The position numbers and the translations under genes are program-made. 64,000 nt of DNA, from assembly GCA_964016885.1 (NCBI GenBank), contig OZ024751.1, positions 45,818,001-45,882,000 of the forward strand, read 5' to 3'. The notes under the pieces were generated by a model. The model worked only from the letters and a program-made list of their open reading frames with translations. It made no database searches and had not been told where the DNA came from. Below, one piece after another: positions 13,904-26,185 of this stretch. This stretch comes from Eledone cirrhosa. Lineage: Eukaryota. Numbering within the stretch: position 1 is the stretch's first letter; every line of letters starts with the position of its first letter.

Positions 13904-14024
13904 CTTAATGTCATCCAGTGGTTCCGACTTGACTTTGATAGTAAAAGGTGGAGGTGGTATTAAAGACACCGACATTGACTGCGACACCGAACTAGTGGCG
14001 TCCTCGTCTTCCATAATACTCTGG
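13904..14024 (-). CDS. Probable host exon, possibly the first coding exon: MEDEDATSSVSQSMSVSLIPPPPFTIKVKSEPLDDIK
   Basis: Complex island in simple repeats; acceptor poly-T+TAG before 14024; ATG at 14014; phase-0 donor AAG|GTAGGA after 13904; VKSE fits the SUMO consensus. Product unidentified. Confidence 0.5.
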
Positions 14025-14191
14025 CTAAAAAAAAAACAACACACGCTTATCTCTCCTCCTCCTACTCCTCCTCACACTCTGTTACTTCCTACTCCACCTT
14101 CTATGTCTGCCAGCCTGCGTCTCTTTCTCTTTCTCTCTCTGTTTCCTCCCCTCTTGCTTTTACTTCATACTCCTCCTCATTCTATCTCTAT

Positions 14192-14247
<56 letters not shown>

Positions 14248-14782
14248 TACGCCTGTCTGTCTCTCTCTTTCTCACTCCCACCGTCTCTTTCCTCATACTT
14301 TACTTCCTATTCCTTCTCATGCTATCTCTATTATTCTGTCTCTTTCTCTCTCTCTCTTGCTCTCTCTCTCTGCTACGTCTGTTTGTCTCTCCCCCCCATC
14401 TCTCTCTCCTTCCATATACTTTACTTCCTACTCTTACTCCTCCTCTCTCGCTTTTACTTCCTACTCCTCTTTACTCTCTCCTCCCTCCCTCCTACTTCCC
14501 TATCTAGATTTTTATTCATTCTCTATCACACACATACACACACACACACACACACATGTGTGAGTGTATACTCGAAAGAGAGAGAGAGAGAGAGGGGGGA
14601 GAGAGAGAGGAGAGATAACACACACACACACGCACACACACACACACTCCCTCTCTCTCTCTCTTCTCTCTCCCCCTCTTTCTCATGTATACATATATGT
14701 TCCAAATTAATGTGCAAGTGGCTGAGTATTTCACAGAGACCTGCACCTTTAATGCAGTCCTGAATTTACGGGTACACCTCAT

Positions 14783-14885
14783 TTTTGCCAGCTGAGAGGA
14801 CTGGAGCAATGTAAAATGTCTTGCCCAAGAACTCAACGTGCCGCCTGGAATGGAACTCATGACTTTACGGCTGTGTGCTGAACTG
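14783..14885 (-). mobile_element. Degenerate CORE-like SINE
   Basis: CAGCTGAGAGGACTGGAGCAATGT...TGTCTTGCCCAAG...GGAATGGAACTC matches the 4305 family in reverse. Confidence 0.6.
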
Positions 14886-15045
14886 AGAGAGGATCAGCAC
14901 TGGTTATTCTTGTCTAATGACCATGTGAACACACTGGCGAAATTCCAAATAACAGGACACCAACTCGACCATAATAAAGTGATTTATCTATTTATCTTTA
15001 CCATGGTATTGAGTACTCATTTTCATAACCATCAATACCAAGCCT

Positions 15046-15122
<77 letters not shown>

Positions 15123-15204
15123 CAAGGTGTCCCCCAAAAATGTATACACACTTCAACAGTATTCTAATCAATGTGTGTGTGTATATATATATACGTATAT
15201 ACAT

Positions 15205-15848
15205 CCACACCAATGTCGCTGCGGTTCCACCGTGGTCTCTTTCGGCCTCCACCCGCTTTCCTATCGCCACAGTGCCCGCCGCATTCCACGCCATGCTGCC
15301 CTCAACGAGGTCATTAAGCATGGCTTGGACGCTGCAGGCTACCCTTCCCAGCTCGAGCCGGTGGGGCTGGATCGAGGGGACGGCAAAAGGCCAGATGGCA
15401 TGACCATCTTCCCGTTCCGCAGTGGCAAACCCCTCATCTGGGATGCCACTTGCACCGACACTTTCTGCAGCCGCAACCTGGTGCAGTCTGCGACTGACCC
15501 AGATTCTGCTGCACGTCGGGCTGAGGGGGCCAGACTCCTCAAATACCGGTCGCTCTCCGACAGGTTTGCGGTCGTTCCCCTGGCAGTGGAGACTTCTGGT
15601 GTCCTCGGCCCCAGGGCTACCTCCTTACTCACCACCAGGGGCGCTGAGCTGGCCAGCCGCAGGTGTGAGCCCCGCGAGTTGGAGTGGCTTTTCCAGCGCG
15701 TCTCCCTTGCCGTCCTCCAGAGAAACGCCTTCTCCTTCTGTCCGCCGGGGCTGTGGGTGGGCCCCATCGCGTACCAATACATTAGTTAAATACCATTCTT
15801 TCATCTCATACAACACAATAAAGACTAAAGTATTTAAAAAAAAACAAC
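15205..15848 (+). mobile_element. 5'-truncated CRE-like non-LTR retrotransposon: C-terminal zinc knuckle and restriction-like endonuclease
   Basis: CRCG...H..(C>Y), RHxxLNxxI, EPxGL, DGKRPDG, LIWDATC, AExxRxxKY, PLAVETSG, FQRVSLAV; stop 15789; AATAAA and A-run; GC-rich island in (TA)n. Confidence 0.8.
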
Positions 15849-15857
15849 ATATATATA

Positions 15858-15960
<103 letters not shown>

Positions 15961-16059
15961 TATATATATTATATATATTATATATGCCACTTTATATTCA
16001 CTTTCTTGTCTCTCTGTGTCCTTATCCCACCTCTCACTATCTCTTTCACTCTCTCTCTC

Positions 16060-16374
16060 TCTACCCTCTCACCACCTCCCCACTTCTCCCCCTCTCACCA
16101 CCTCCCCACTCTTCACCACTCACTCTCTCTCTATCTACCCTCTCACCACCTCCCCACTTCTCCCCCTCTCACCACCTCCCCACTCTTCACCACTCACTCT
16201 CTCTCTATCTACCCTCTCACCACCTCCCCCCCTCTCACCACCTCCCCACTCTTCACCACTCACTCTCTCTCTATCTACCCTCTTACCACCTCCCCACTTC
16301 TCCCCCTCTCACCACCTCCCCACTCTTCACCACTCACTCTCTCTCTATCTACCCTCTCACCACCTCTTCATTTC

Positions 16375-16429
<55 letters not shown>

Positions 16430-16459
16430 CCCTCTCACCACCTCTTCATTTCTCCACCA

Positions 16460-16521
<62 letters not shown>

Positions 16522-16557
16522 CTATCTACCCTCTCACCACCTCTTCACTTCTCCACT

Positions 16558-16591
<34 letters not shown>

Positions 16592-16638
16592 CTCTCTATC
16601 TACCCTCTCACCACCTCTTCACTTCTCCACCACACACA

Positions 16639-16682
<44 letters not shown>

Positions 16683-16763
16683 CTACCCTCTCACCACCTC
16701 TTCACTTCTCCATCACTCTCTCTCTCTCTCTATCTACCCTCTCACCACCTTTTCACTTCTCCA

Positions 16764-16809
<46 letters not shown>

Positions 16810-16865
16810 ATTCTATCTCTCTATCTACCTCCCCTCTCACCACTTCACCACTTCTCCACCACTCA
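16060..16865. repeat. Pyrimidine-rich compound minisatellite (CTACCCTCTCACCACCTC units with (CT)n/(CTAT)n)
   Basis: Unit repeated more than ten times. Confidence 0.85.
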
Positions 16866-17227
16866 CTTCACCAAGATACGAACTAGAGTCATGCCGATAT
16901 GTAATAGGGCCAAAGCCAAACTTCGCATAGTATTACCATTACACTTATCACTGTTATTGTTGTTGTTGTGGTTGTTGTTGTTGTTGTTGTTGTTGTTGTT
17001 ATAGCGATATGAAAGGCGACACTGGCGAGGCCGAAACCCGATCCATTGTATTGATGTTACCGACCAACACTACTAAGCAGCACCACCACCACCACCACCA
17101 TCAGCAGCACCAACACCAACACCAACACCACCACCACCACCACCACCACCACCATCATCATCACGATTACCATCATGGTCACCACTACTATTATCAGCCT
17201 CATCATCATCATTATCATTATTATCAC

Positions 17228-17260
<33 letters not shown>

Positions 17261-17780
17261 GACAGGAAATAAGTGTAAAGGAAGGTGAGGGTGGTATATA
17301 GAAATATTAGAAGGGAAAGTGATATACATATATATGTAGAGAGAGGAGGAGGAGGAGAGTGACATAAATATATAAATACTCTCTTTCCCTTCTCTTCTTA
17401 TGTCGTCTGCTAACAACTGATCATTCTTTCCTCCTATTTTCTCCCTTCTCTCTCTGGCTGTCTCTTTCTCTCTCTCTCATATATATATATCTCTCTCTCT
17501 CTATATATATATATATGTGTATGTGTGTGTGCGCGCGTGTGTGTATATATATATATGTGTTTGTGTGTGTGTGTATAAGCAGACGACAAAGAAAGTAAAA
17601 AATTAGAATAACAAAAGTATGGCAGGAGAAGAGAGGGAAAAATGTTGATGTTATTGTGGTGTTGGTGGTGGAAGCAGAGTTCCAAGGAAAGCAAGCAGAC
17701 GAGATGAAAGAAGATAAGATATATATAGAGATAAATGGAGAAAAGATAAAGAGAGTGAAGAGAGAGAATAGGGGAGACAA

Positions 17781-17823
<43 letters not shown>

Positions 17824-18163
17824 GGGGAGACATTGAGAGAGAGAGAGAGGAAGAGGAAGTAAAATTCATAAAAAGCAGACGACATGCTGGAAATAAGAAA
17901 AAAGAAGAAAAACGAAGAAAAGCGAGGATAGATAAAAGAGAGGAAATGGAAGAAAAAAATAATGAAACGTAAGGGGAGGGGGCTGTAGAGCGATGTTTGG
18001 CGGACAACAAAAAGAAAGAGAAAGTAGAGAAAGAAAGAGATGAAATAGATAAGGAAGCGGGGAAGGTGAAGTAGAAGAAAGTCAGAGAGAAAAAAAAAAA
18101 GAGAAAGTGAAGTAGTTTAAGCAGGCGGTCTGAAACAGGAAGGGGAAGTGAGTGTGGAAATAA

Positions 18164-18201
<38 letters not shown>

Positions 18202-18830
18202 CAAGAGTAACGGAGGAAGAGAAAATGTCGGGTAAATATATATATATATATATATAATTACTCCTTCTCAGTCTCTCTTTCTCTCTCTCTCTCCCTCTCT
18301 CTCTCTCTCCGATATATATATACAGAGAGAGACTGAGAAGGGGAGTGAGTAGAAAGTAATGAAGCGGATGATGAAGGGGGGTGGGGACTGAAATGCTGTT
18401 AGCAGACGACATAGAAAAGGAAAGACAAGAGAATGAGAGAGAGGGGGGCGTGAGGTAATGAAAAAAAAAAGACGAAGAAACAGAGATAAGCAAATGAAAG
18501 AAGCGAAAGAAAAAGAAGAGAGTGAGATAGAGAAAGTAATAAAACCACAAGAGGAGGAATGTAGAGAGAGGTAAGAAGAATGTGTGAGGGTGGGAGGTGG
18601 AATATGATAAGAAATAGAGAAGAGGAGGGGGAGGTAGGTGTGAAGAAAGCAACATGTTAAGCAGACGACATAAAAAAAGAAAAGAAGAGGTTATAAGAGA
18701 AAGATAAGAAAGTTGAAATAGGGGAGAGGAAGAGCAGACGATATGAATGAGAGAAGAAAAGAAAGGACGAGATAAAGTAAATAGATATATTGAGAGAAAC
18801 AGCGAGTAAAAAGACAAATAGAAATAGATA

Positions 18831-19296
18831 TATTTCTTTATTAGCCACAGGGGCACAAAAGAAGGGGACAAATACAAAGGGGGAAGTTTACATACAATAA
18901 AAACGTGTAAAATGTTATCACAGATGGAATTTAAAAGTTAGTCGATTTTCCCCAATAGAGGGAGACAGTTTATATGGGTAACACAGACCCCCGAAAAAAA
19001 TGTGCAACCCTCATCTCCAGGAGTACGAAGAGCTTGTACTCCTTTCCTCTCCTCCTCCTTTTCCTCAACCTACAGGCTGATATAGAGAGAAGGCCCATTC
19101 ACTCGGGCCATTCTCGCCACTTTCACCCACCTTTCATAAAACTTGCTGGGGTACAGCACCTCTCTCTCCATCCTGATTCTTCTTCCAAAGTGGTATTTGA
19201 AAAAAAGAATCAGTTGTTGGCCGGAGAGAAAGGTGTCTGACCTCAGCCCTTTCAACCTTGTCCACCATACAACCTCTTTCGCCATAGCTATCACAC
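18831..19296 (-). mobile_element. 5'-truncated Tx1-like LINE copy with target-site duplication
   Basis: Encodes LCVIAMAKEVVWWTRLKGLRSD...RVNGPSLYISL, near-identical to 49400-49867; AAAGACAAATAGAAATAGATA at 18810-18830 and 19297-19317. Confidence 0.9.
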
Positions 19297-19940
19297 AAAG
19301 ACAAATAGAAATAGATAGATAGATAGATAGATCAGTGCATAGGTAAATAGATAGATAGACAGATAGATGTATAACTAAAATAGGTATGTAGATAGCTAGA
19401 TAGACAGGCAGATAAATTGATAGATAAATAGATGGATAGGCAGATAGATAGATAGCTAAATAGGTAAAAGATGGAGGTTGGGTGGAAGGTGAGAAAATTA
19501 AAGAAAGAGCGGACGAAAGATCTTTAAAAGTTGCCATTGTTGAACTTTTTCTCCTCCCCTTCTCCTCCTCGTTATCACTTTCTTTCTTGCCTCCATCTTT
19601 GTCTTAGACTCTCTATATTTACCGACGAAATAGACGATAGAAGATAAGAAATGAAGGAGATAAAGAGGGTGAAGAGAGAGTAAAATATAGAGAAGGAGGG
19701 GCAAAAATGGAAAGGGAGTGGCAAGATATAGAGGCAAGTAACAAAGTAGGAGGAGTAAAAAAGAAAAATAACATGCAAATATATTGTGAAGGAGGAGGAG
19801 TAATGTCCTTTTAATACGAGGGAAGGGGGTAAATAGGAGCATAATGTTAATAAGAGAGGGACGAAAGATAGAAAGAGTGAGAGAAGAGATTAGAGTGAGT
19901 GGGAAAAGGGTGAGACGGTCGTTACGAAGGAGTGAAAAGT

Positions 19941-19987
<47 letters not shown>

Positions 19988-20440
19988 AGAGAAATTAAGA
20001 AGCAATAAGTTATGATTAAAGATGTTCCACCCATGACCATCCCGTCTTTTTTATATATATATATATATATACAGCTACTGTTGATTGTGTTTAAGGTGTT
20101 TAGGGTGTGATTTGAAGGGTGATTTGGAAGTGATAAATAAGTAGGGATGTGAATGTGAGGAGGAGGAGAAGGTAAGGGGCGAAATGGGAGATGATGAGGA
20201 AGGGAGGAGGCGGTGGAGAGAAAGAGTAGGAGGAAAGTAGGGATTGTGAGATGATGATGGGAGGAGGAGGTAGAGAGAAAGAGTAGGAGGAAAGTAGGGA
20301 TTGTGAGATGATGATGGGAGGAGGAGGTAGAGAGTAAGAGTAGGAGGTAATGGAGAAGAAGGTAGAGCGAAGGAGTAGGAGATGAGGGAGGTGGGAGTAG
20401 AGAATGTGAGGAGAGGGTTTAAAATTCAACAGTAACTTTA

Positions 20441-20490
<50 letters not shown>

Positions 20491-20869
20491 TTATGGTGGT
20501 GGTGTGGTGTTGGTGTTAGTAATAGTAGTAGTATGTAGTGGTGGTGGTGGAAGAAGAGGAAGAGTAAACAGGAAGGAGGAAGTAAAAGTTCTAACAGTGG
20601 CTGAATTGTTTTTACTAGGAAGTGGGATGGTGGAAGTAATGAGGTGGGGAGGAGTTAAGACTGACGAAGGAGGAGGAGGTGGGGGAGGAGTTAAGAATAA
20701 GAGAGAGGCATATATATATATGTTTATATATATATATATGTTTATATATATATATATATTTAGAAAGAGATAGAGAGATAGAAGGGAGGAGGAAAGAGTG
20801 AGAGGTTGGAAAAGTGAAAACAGCGACGATGAAAACTGTTTCCCCCTTATCTCTCCATGCTTCTTTCTC

Positions 20870-20903
20870 TCTCTTACCTTCACCATCACCACTACGACTA
20901 CTA

Positions 20904-20956
<53 letters not shown>

Positions 20957-21023
20957 TACCTCTCACCATCACCACTACTACTACTCTCTCTCTCTCTCTT
21001 ACCTCTCACCATCACCACTACTG

Positions 21024-21057
<34 letters not shown>

Positions 21058-21242
21058 CTCTCACCATCACCACTACTGCTACTCTCTCTCTCTCTCTCTC
21101 TCTCTTACCTCTCACCATCACCACTACTGCTACTCTCTCTCTCTCTCTCTCTCTTACCTCTCACCATCACCACTACTGCTACTCTCTCTCTCTCTCTCTC
21201 TCTCTCTTACCTCTCACCATCACCACTACTGCTACTCTCTCT
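20870..21242. repeat. Compound minisatellite TTACCTCTCACCATCACCACTACTGCTA(CT)n
   Basis: About seven units with variable (CT)n spacers. Confidence 0.85.
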
Positions 21243-21782
21243 CACCCTCATAAGAAATACATACCTACTAAGATATCAAATATCGCCACAGAGAAGAAAC
21301 CTTAAAACCTTTTAACGTTTTATCTCTTCCTAACACTCACACCTACCTCACTTCCTCTTTGATTCCTTCTTGTTTTTATTGCCTCCTACTCTCTTTAGTC
21401 CACCACCCCCTCTCTCTCTTTCTCTCTCTCCGTCTCTCATTCTTTCTCTGTCTCTCTCTGTTTCCTAACTTACATTTCTTCTTCTTCTTCTTCTTCTTCT
21501 TCTTCCCTCTGTCTCATTCACATAGATAAACACTCTCTGTCTGTCTCTCGACAATCTTGCCCCCCCCCCTCCAACTCTCTACTGTTTTATATACACTAAA
21601 ACCTCAATTTAACGGACATAACCCAGGGGGTCATTTCTATTGTTTTTAATACAGACAATAACAACTTAAAACACTATAAACTACTGATGTAGCAAGGAAT
21701 ATGTAACCTTTGTTTCACTTTTCAGAGTATAATTGAAAGACCATGAAAGGAGTTTTTAGTACAATGTTGTATTAAATAATTG

Positions 21783-21994
21783 TTTCTGATTTAGGCACAA
21801 GGTCAACAATTTGTGGAGGGAAAAGTCGATTGATTCGACCCAAGTGCATTACTGGTACTATATTTTATCGACACCGTAGGGATGAAAGGAAAAGCTAACC
21901 TCAGTGGGATTTGAACTCAGAACGTAAAGGACCGTAACTTTATGCTGCGAAGCATGGTGTTCGACGCTCTACCAATTACTGCCAATCCACCGCC
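21783..21994 (-). mobile_element. Full-length SINE copy (5605 family)
   Basis: GGGATTTGAACTCAGAAC...ACTGCCAATCCACCGCC is the reverse complement of the tRNA-like head. Confidence 0.8.
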
Positions 21995-22139
21995 TTTGTA
22001 TTACATAATAGACACAGCGTGGTTCACAATAAAAGAATATATGGATTCATATGCATTGTGTTTATGTATAATAAACATGCATATAGTCCCGCTGTGGATA
22101 TTGTAAGCTTGTTCTGTATGAGACAGCAATCACGTGATA

Positions 22140-22345
22140 CCCACAGGCGCTGCAACCAGCTCACCGTAGTGGGATTAAGGTGCGTGAAGTCCACACTCTC
22201 AGGTGGGCCGAGATCTGGGTACTCACACAGTGTTGTTGGAAGCAACTCCCAGTGGTGCATGGCTGCATTGAATCTACCGAGACATGTGCATAGTCGATTG
22301 AGGGACACCCACTCCTTCTAGAGAGGTTCAGCGCCTAGGGTAGAA
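22140..22345 (-). pseudogene. Decayed C-terminal fragment of a non-LTR retrotransposon ORF2
   Basis: KEWVSLNRLCTCLGRFNAAMHHWEL..C..WLQRL resembles the WxxLNRLRTGxGRxxxxMxxWG motif at the end of LINE ORF2; stop immediately upstream. Confidence 0.5.
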
Positions 22346-22918
22346 GTCTGTATTGAGGTTGACATTCAGTTGAACCGGTTGAGATGTCGACCTCCTTGTG
22401 GTGAGCCCTGGAATCTGATCACTGATCAAGCCAACGACAGCAACCTGAGAGAGAAGCAGCATTGTAAGCCGATATCAAACCTCAGTGTATTTATTATTCC
22501 ACAGTAAGTGTTGCAGATGATGGATTAATAATCCTGAAATACATGTATGTATATATCACTCTTACACGGGCACTCAGTGAGGAGACTACTGCATGTATGT
22601 TTATTATAGGAAAACATGTTGTATATGGTGAGGTAGGGTGTAGATGTAGATGTTATAGCTGCCAAAAAACAGTTTACTAAACGGATACTGGATAGATTAT
22701 AAACTAGGTGAAATCATCGTTGCCTTTTGTTTTCCATACTTCCTTGTCTGTACACCTCACTTCCGTCTTTTCCAGTTGCTTCTTTTTCTTATCTCTCATT
22801 CTACTTTGTCCACCACCACCATCTCTCACTCTCCTCCTATATATGATATATATCTACGCCTGTCTTTCTCCTTGTTTCTATATACATATCCCTCTCTCTC
22901 TCTCTCTCCGTATGTATG

Positions 22919-22983
<65 letters not shown>

Positions 22984-23083
22984 CTGCCTTTCTCTTCTCT
23001 ATATACAGTTTTCTCCCTCCTCTCTCTCCCTCACTCATTCCATCTCTAACTTTATATATATATATATATTCTTCTTTCTTCTC

Positions 23084-23148
<65 letters not shown>

Positions 23149-23188
23149 GATCTTTAACAAATGGAAACTATATTTATAAAACCATATT

Positions 23189-23253
23189 TATTTCATTATA
23201 CATATTTCAAGGATACCAAGTTAAATTATGGTATGCCTTCATCAGACAAAATA
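23189..23253 (-). ncRNA. Minimal type-I hammerhead ribozyme (inverted copy of 23704-23768)
   Basis: Exact reverse complement of the plus-strand motif. Confidence 0.65.
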
Positions 23254-23703
23254 CAATATATACCAGTTTTATAAATAAACATTCACGTACCCTTTCAAAA
23301 TGCAACCGTTACTTTTGGAAGACATCAGGATAGTGGTTTGTTTATTTTAGTAAGTCGTTGTGTTAAGGAGAAGTAAAGACGGAGAGAGAAACGTGGAGAA
23401 AAGAAAGGGAGAGATAAATAAAGAAAAAGAAGAAAGAAAAAAGAAAAGAAGAAAACAGAGGAAAACAACAGAGAGATATCAAACCACCAGACAGAGAAAT
23501 ATAGAGATAGAGAGAGGGGAGAGAGCGAAAACCTTAAGTCATGTCATATTAAGTTGAGTTAACAATTAAGATGAAGTGAATAAATAAAATTAGAAATATT
23601 AATATTCATAAATAAACAAACCACTATCCTGATGTCTTCCAAAAGTAACGGTTGCATTTTGAAAGGGTACGTCAATGTTTATTTATAAAACTGGTATATA
23701 TTG

Positions 23704-23768
23704 TATTTTGTCTGATGAAGGCATACCATAATTTAACTTGGTATCCTTGAAATATGTATAATGAAATA
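23704..23768 (+). ncRNA. Minimal type-I hammerhead ribozyme
   Basis: TATTTTGT-CTGATGA-AGGCATACCA/TGGTATCCTT-GAAA-T-ATGT-ATA-ATGAAATA; stem I 8 bp with G-U pairs; stem II 9 of 10 paired. Confidence 0.65.
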
Positions 23769-24734
23769 AATATGGTTTTATAAATATAGTTTCCATTTGT
23801 TAATATCGTATATCTACTCCAAATACTTGTCGAGTGCTTTATATCAGTTATAAAAATATTTGCTTGTTGTATCCCAACAATTTAAATAGAACTTTTGCAT
23901 ATATATATATATATTCGTGTGTATATAAATAATTATACTAAATTAAGATAGTGTAAATGATTTATTGTATTTTAAAAATTTAACCTTATTTCATTACTAA
24001 ACTTATGGAAAAAGTACTCTAAATATATTTTCTTTATTTAAAAAAAAAAGTTCCCGCAACGCAAATATTATAGTAAAATTAGTATACTTGGAGATATTTG
24101 TTTCTGCATGCTGTGCTCGAGATTCGAACTTCAGTGTAACGCCACCGATCAGACGCCTGTTGCTTTGCAACGTTCCATGTGGCAAGACTACAAGTGCTAC
24201 GCCGCTGATCGCAGGCTTATTATCGCAAATACAAAAACAAAAAAAAACAACAAAAAATGTAAACGGATTTACAAAATATACTGAAGAAATGGAGAGAAAA
24301 ACCACTCCATTGCCCCACAAGAAGTAAACGATGGTAAATGTCAATAACAACTTAGAAACTTCGGGGGATAATATCAGAAAGAAGATTTATGATTATAGTG
24401 AGAAATGTGGTAGGATGGGATGGCACAGAAACCATAGTTCCCAGGCGCATGTATGAAAAGGTGTGATGGTTGTGGTAGTTGTGGTGGTGTCCATGGTTGT
24501 GATGATGGTAGTAGTGGCCCTGTCTGTGGTGGTTTTCATGGTTCTGTTTGTTATAGTTGTGATAGTTGTATGGCAGAGAGGGTTATGATGGTTGTGATGA
24601 TGATGGTTGTGATGATGATGGTTGTGATGATGATGATTGCGGTGTTCATGGTTGCGCTGGTGATGTTTAAGATGTTGATGGTGATGCTTGTGTTTGTAGT
24701 GGTAATAGTTGTGATGTACAGTGTATACGGTATA

Positions 24735-26185
24735 GTATATAGTATATGGTGGGTGGTGTTTTGTGTATAGAGTATAGTGTATAGTATAGAGTATATGGTG
24801 GGTGGTGTTTTGTGTATAAAGTATAGTGTATAGTATAGAGTATATGGTGGGTGGTGTTTTGTGTATAAAGTATAGTGTATAGTATATAGTATATGGTGGG
24901 TGGTGTTTTGTGTATAGAGTATAGTATATAGTATAGAGTATATGGTGGGTGGTGTTTTGTGTATAAAGTATAGTGTATAGTGTATAGTATATAGTGGGTG
25001 GTGTTTTGTGTATAGTGTATAGTATAGAGTATATGGTGGGTGGTGTTTTGTGTATAGAGTATAGTGTATAGTATATAGTATATGGTGGGTGGTGTTTTGT
25101 GTATAAAGTATAGTGTATAGTGTATAGTATATAGTGGGTGGTGTTTTGTGTATAGTGTATAGTATAGAGTATATGGTGGGTGGTGTTTTGTGTATAGAGT
25201 ATAGTGTATAGTATATAGTATATGGTGGGTGGTGTTTTGTGTATAAAGTATAGTGTATAGTGTATAGTATATAGTGGGTGGTGTTTTGTGTATAGAGTAT
25301 AGTGTATAGTGTATAGTATATAGTATATGGTGGGTGGTGTTTTGTGTATAGAGTATAGTGTATAGTATAGAGTATATGGTGGGTGGTGTTTTGTGTATAG
25401 AGTATAGTGTATAGTATATAGTATATGGTGGGTGGTGTTTTGTGTATAGAGTATAGTGTATAGTATATAGTATATGGTGGGTGGTGTTTTGTGTACAGAG
25501 TATAGTGAATAGTATATAGTATATGGTGGGTGGTGTTTTGTGTATAGAGTATAGTGTATAGTGTATAGTATATGGTGGGTGGTGTTTTGTGTATAGAGTA
25601 TAGTGTATAGTGTATAGTATATGGTGGGTGGTGTTTTGTGTATAGTGTATAGTGTATAGTATATAGTATATGGTGGGTGGTGTTTTGTGTATAGAGTATA
25701 GTGTATAGTATATAGTATATGGTGGGTGGTGTTTTGTGTATAGAGTATAGTGTATAGTATATAGCATATGGTGGGTGGTGTTTTGTGTATAGAGTATAGT
25801 GTATAGTGTATAGTATATGGTGGGTGGTGTTTTGTGTATAGAGTATAGTGTATAGTGTATAGTATATGGTGGGTGGTGTTTTGTGTATAGTGTATAGTGT
25901 ATAGTATATAGTATATGGTGGGTGGTGTTTTGTGTATAGAGTATAGTGTATAGTATATAGTATATGGTGGGTGGTGTTTTGTGTATAGAGTATAGTGTAT
26001 AGTATATAGTATATGGTGGGTGGTGTTTTGTGTATAGAGTATAGTGTATAGTATATAGTATATGGTGGGTGGTGTTTTGTGTATAGAGTATAGTGTATAG
26101 TATATAGTATATGGTGGGTGGTGTTTTGTGTATAAAGTATAGTGTATAGTGTATAGTATATGGTGGGTGGTGTTTTGTGTATAGA
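24735..26185. repeat. ~42-56-bp minisatellite: ATGGTGGGTGGTGTTTTGT core plus a variable number of 7-bp GTATAGT-like subunits
   Basis: About 29 core copies; plus strand almost lacks C. Confidence 0.9.

Larger units (their letters stand above)
23145..23812. mobile_element. Penelope-like inverted pseudo-LTR pair (~190-bp arms, ~280-bp spacer)
   Basis: 23145-23338 and 23617-23812 are near-perfect reverse complements, each with a hammerhead; left end in (TA)n; continuation to ~23900 homologous to 63746-63910. Confidence 0.65.
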
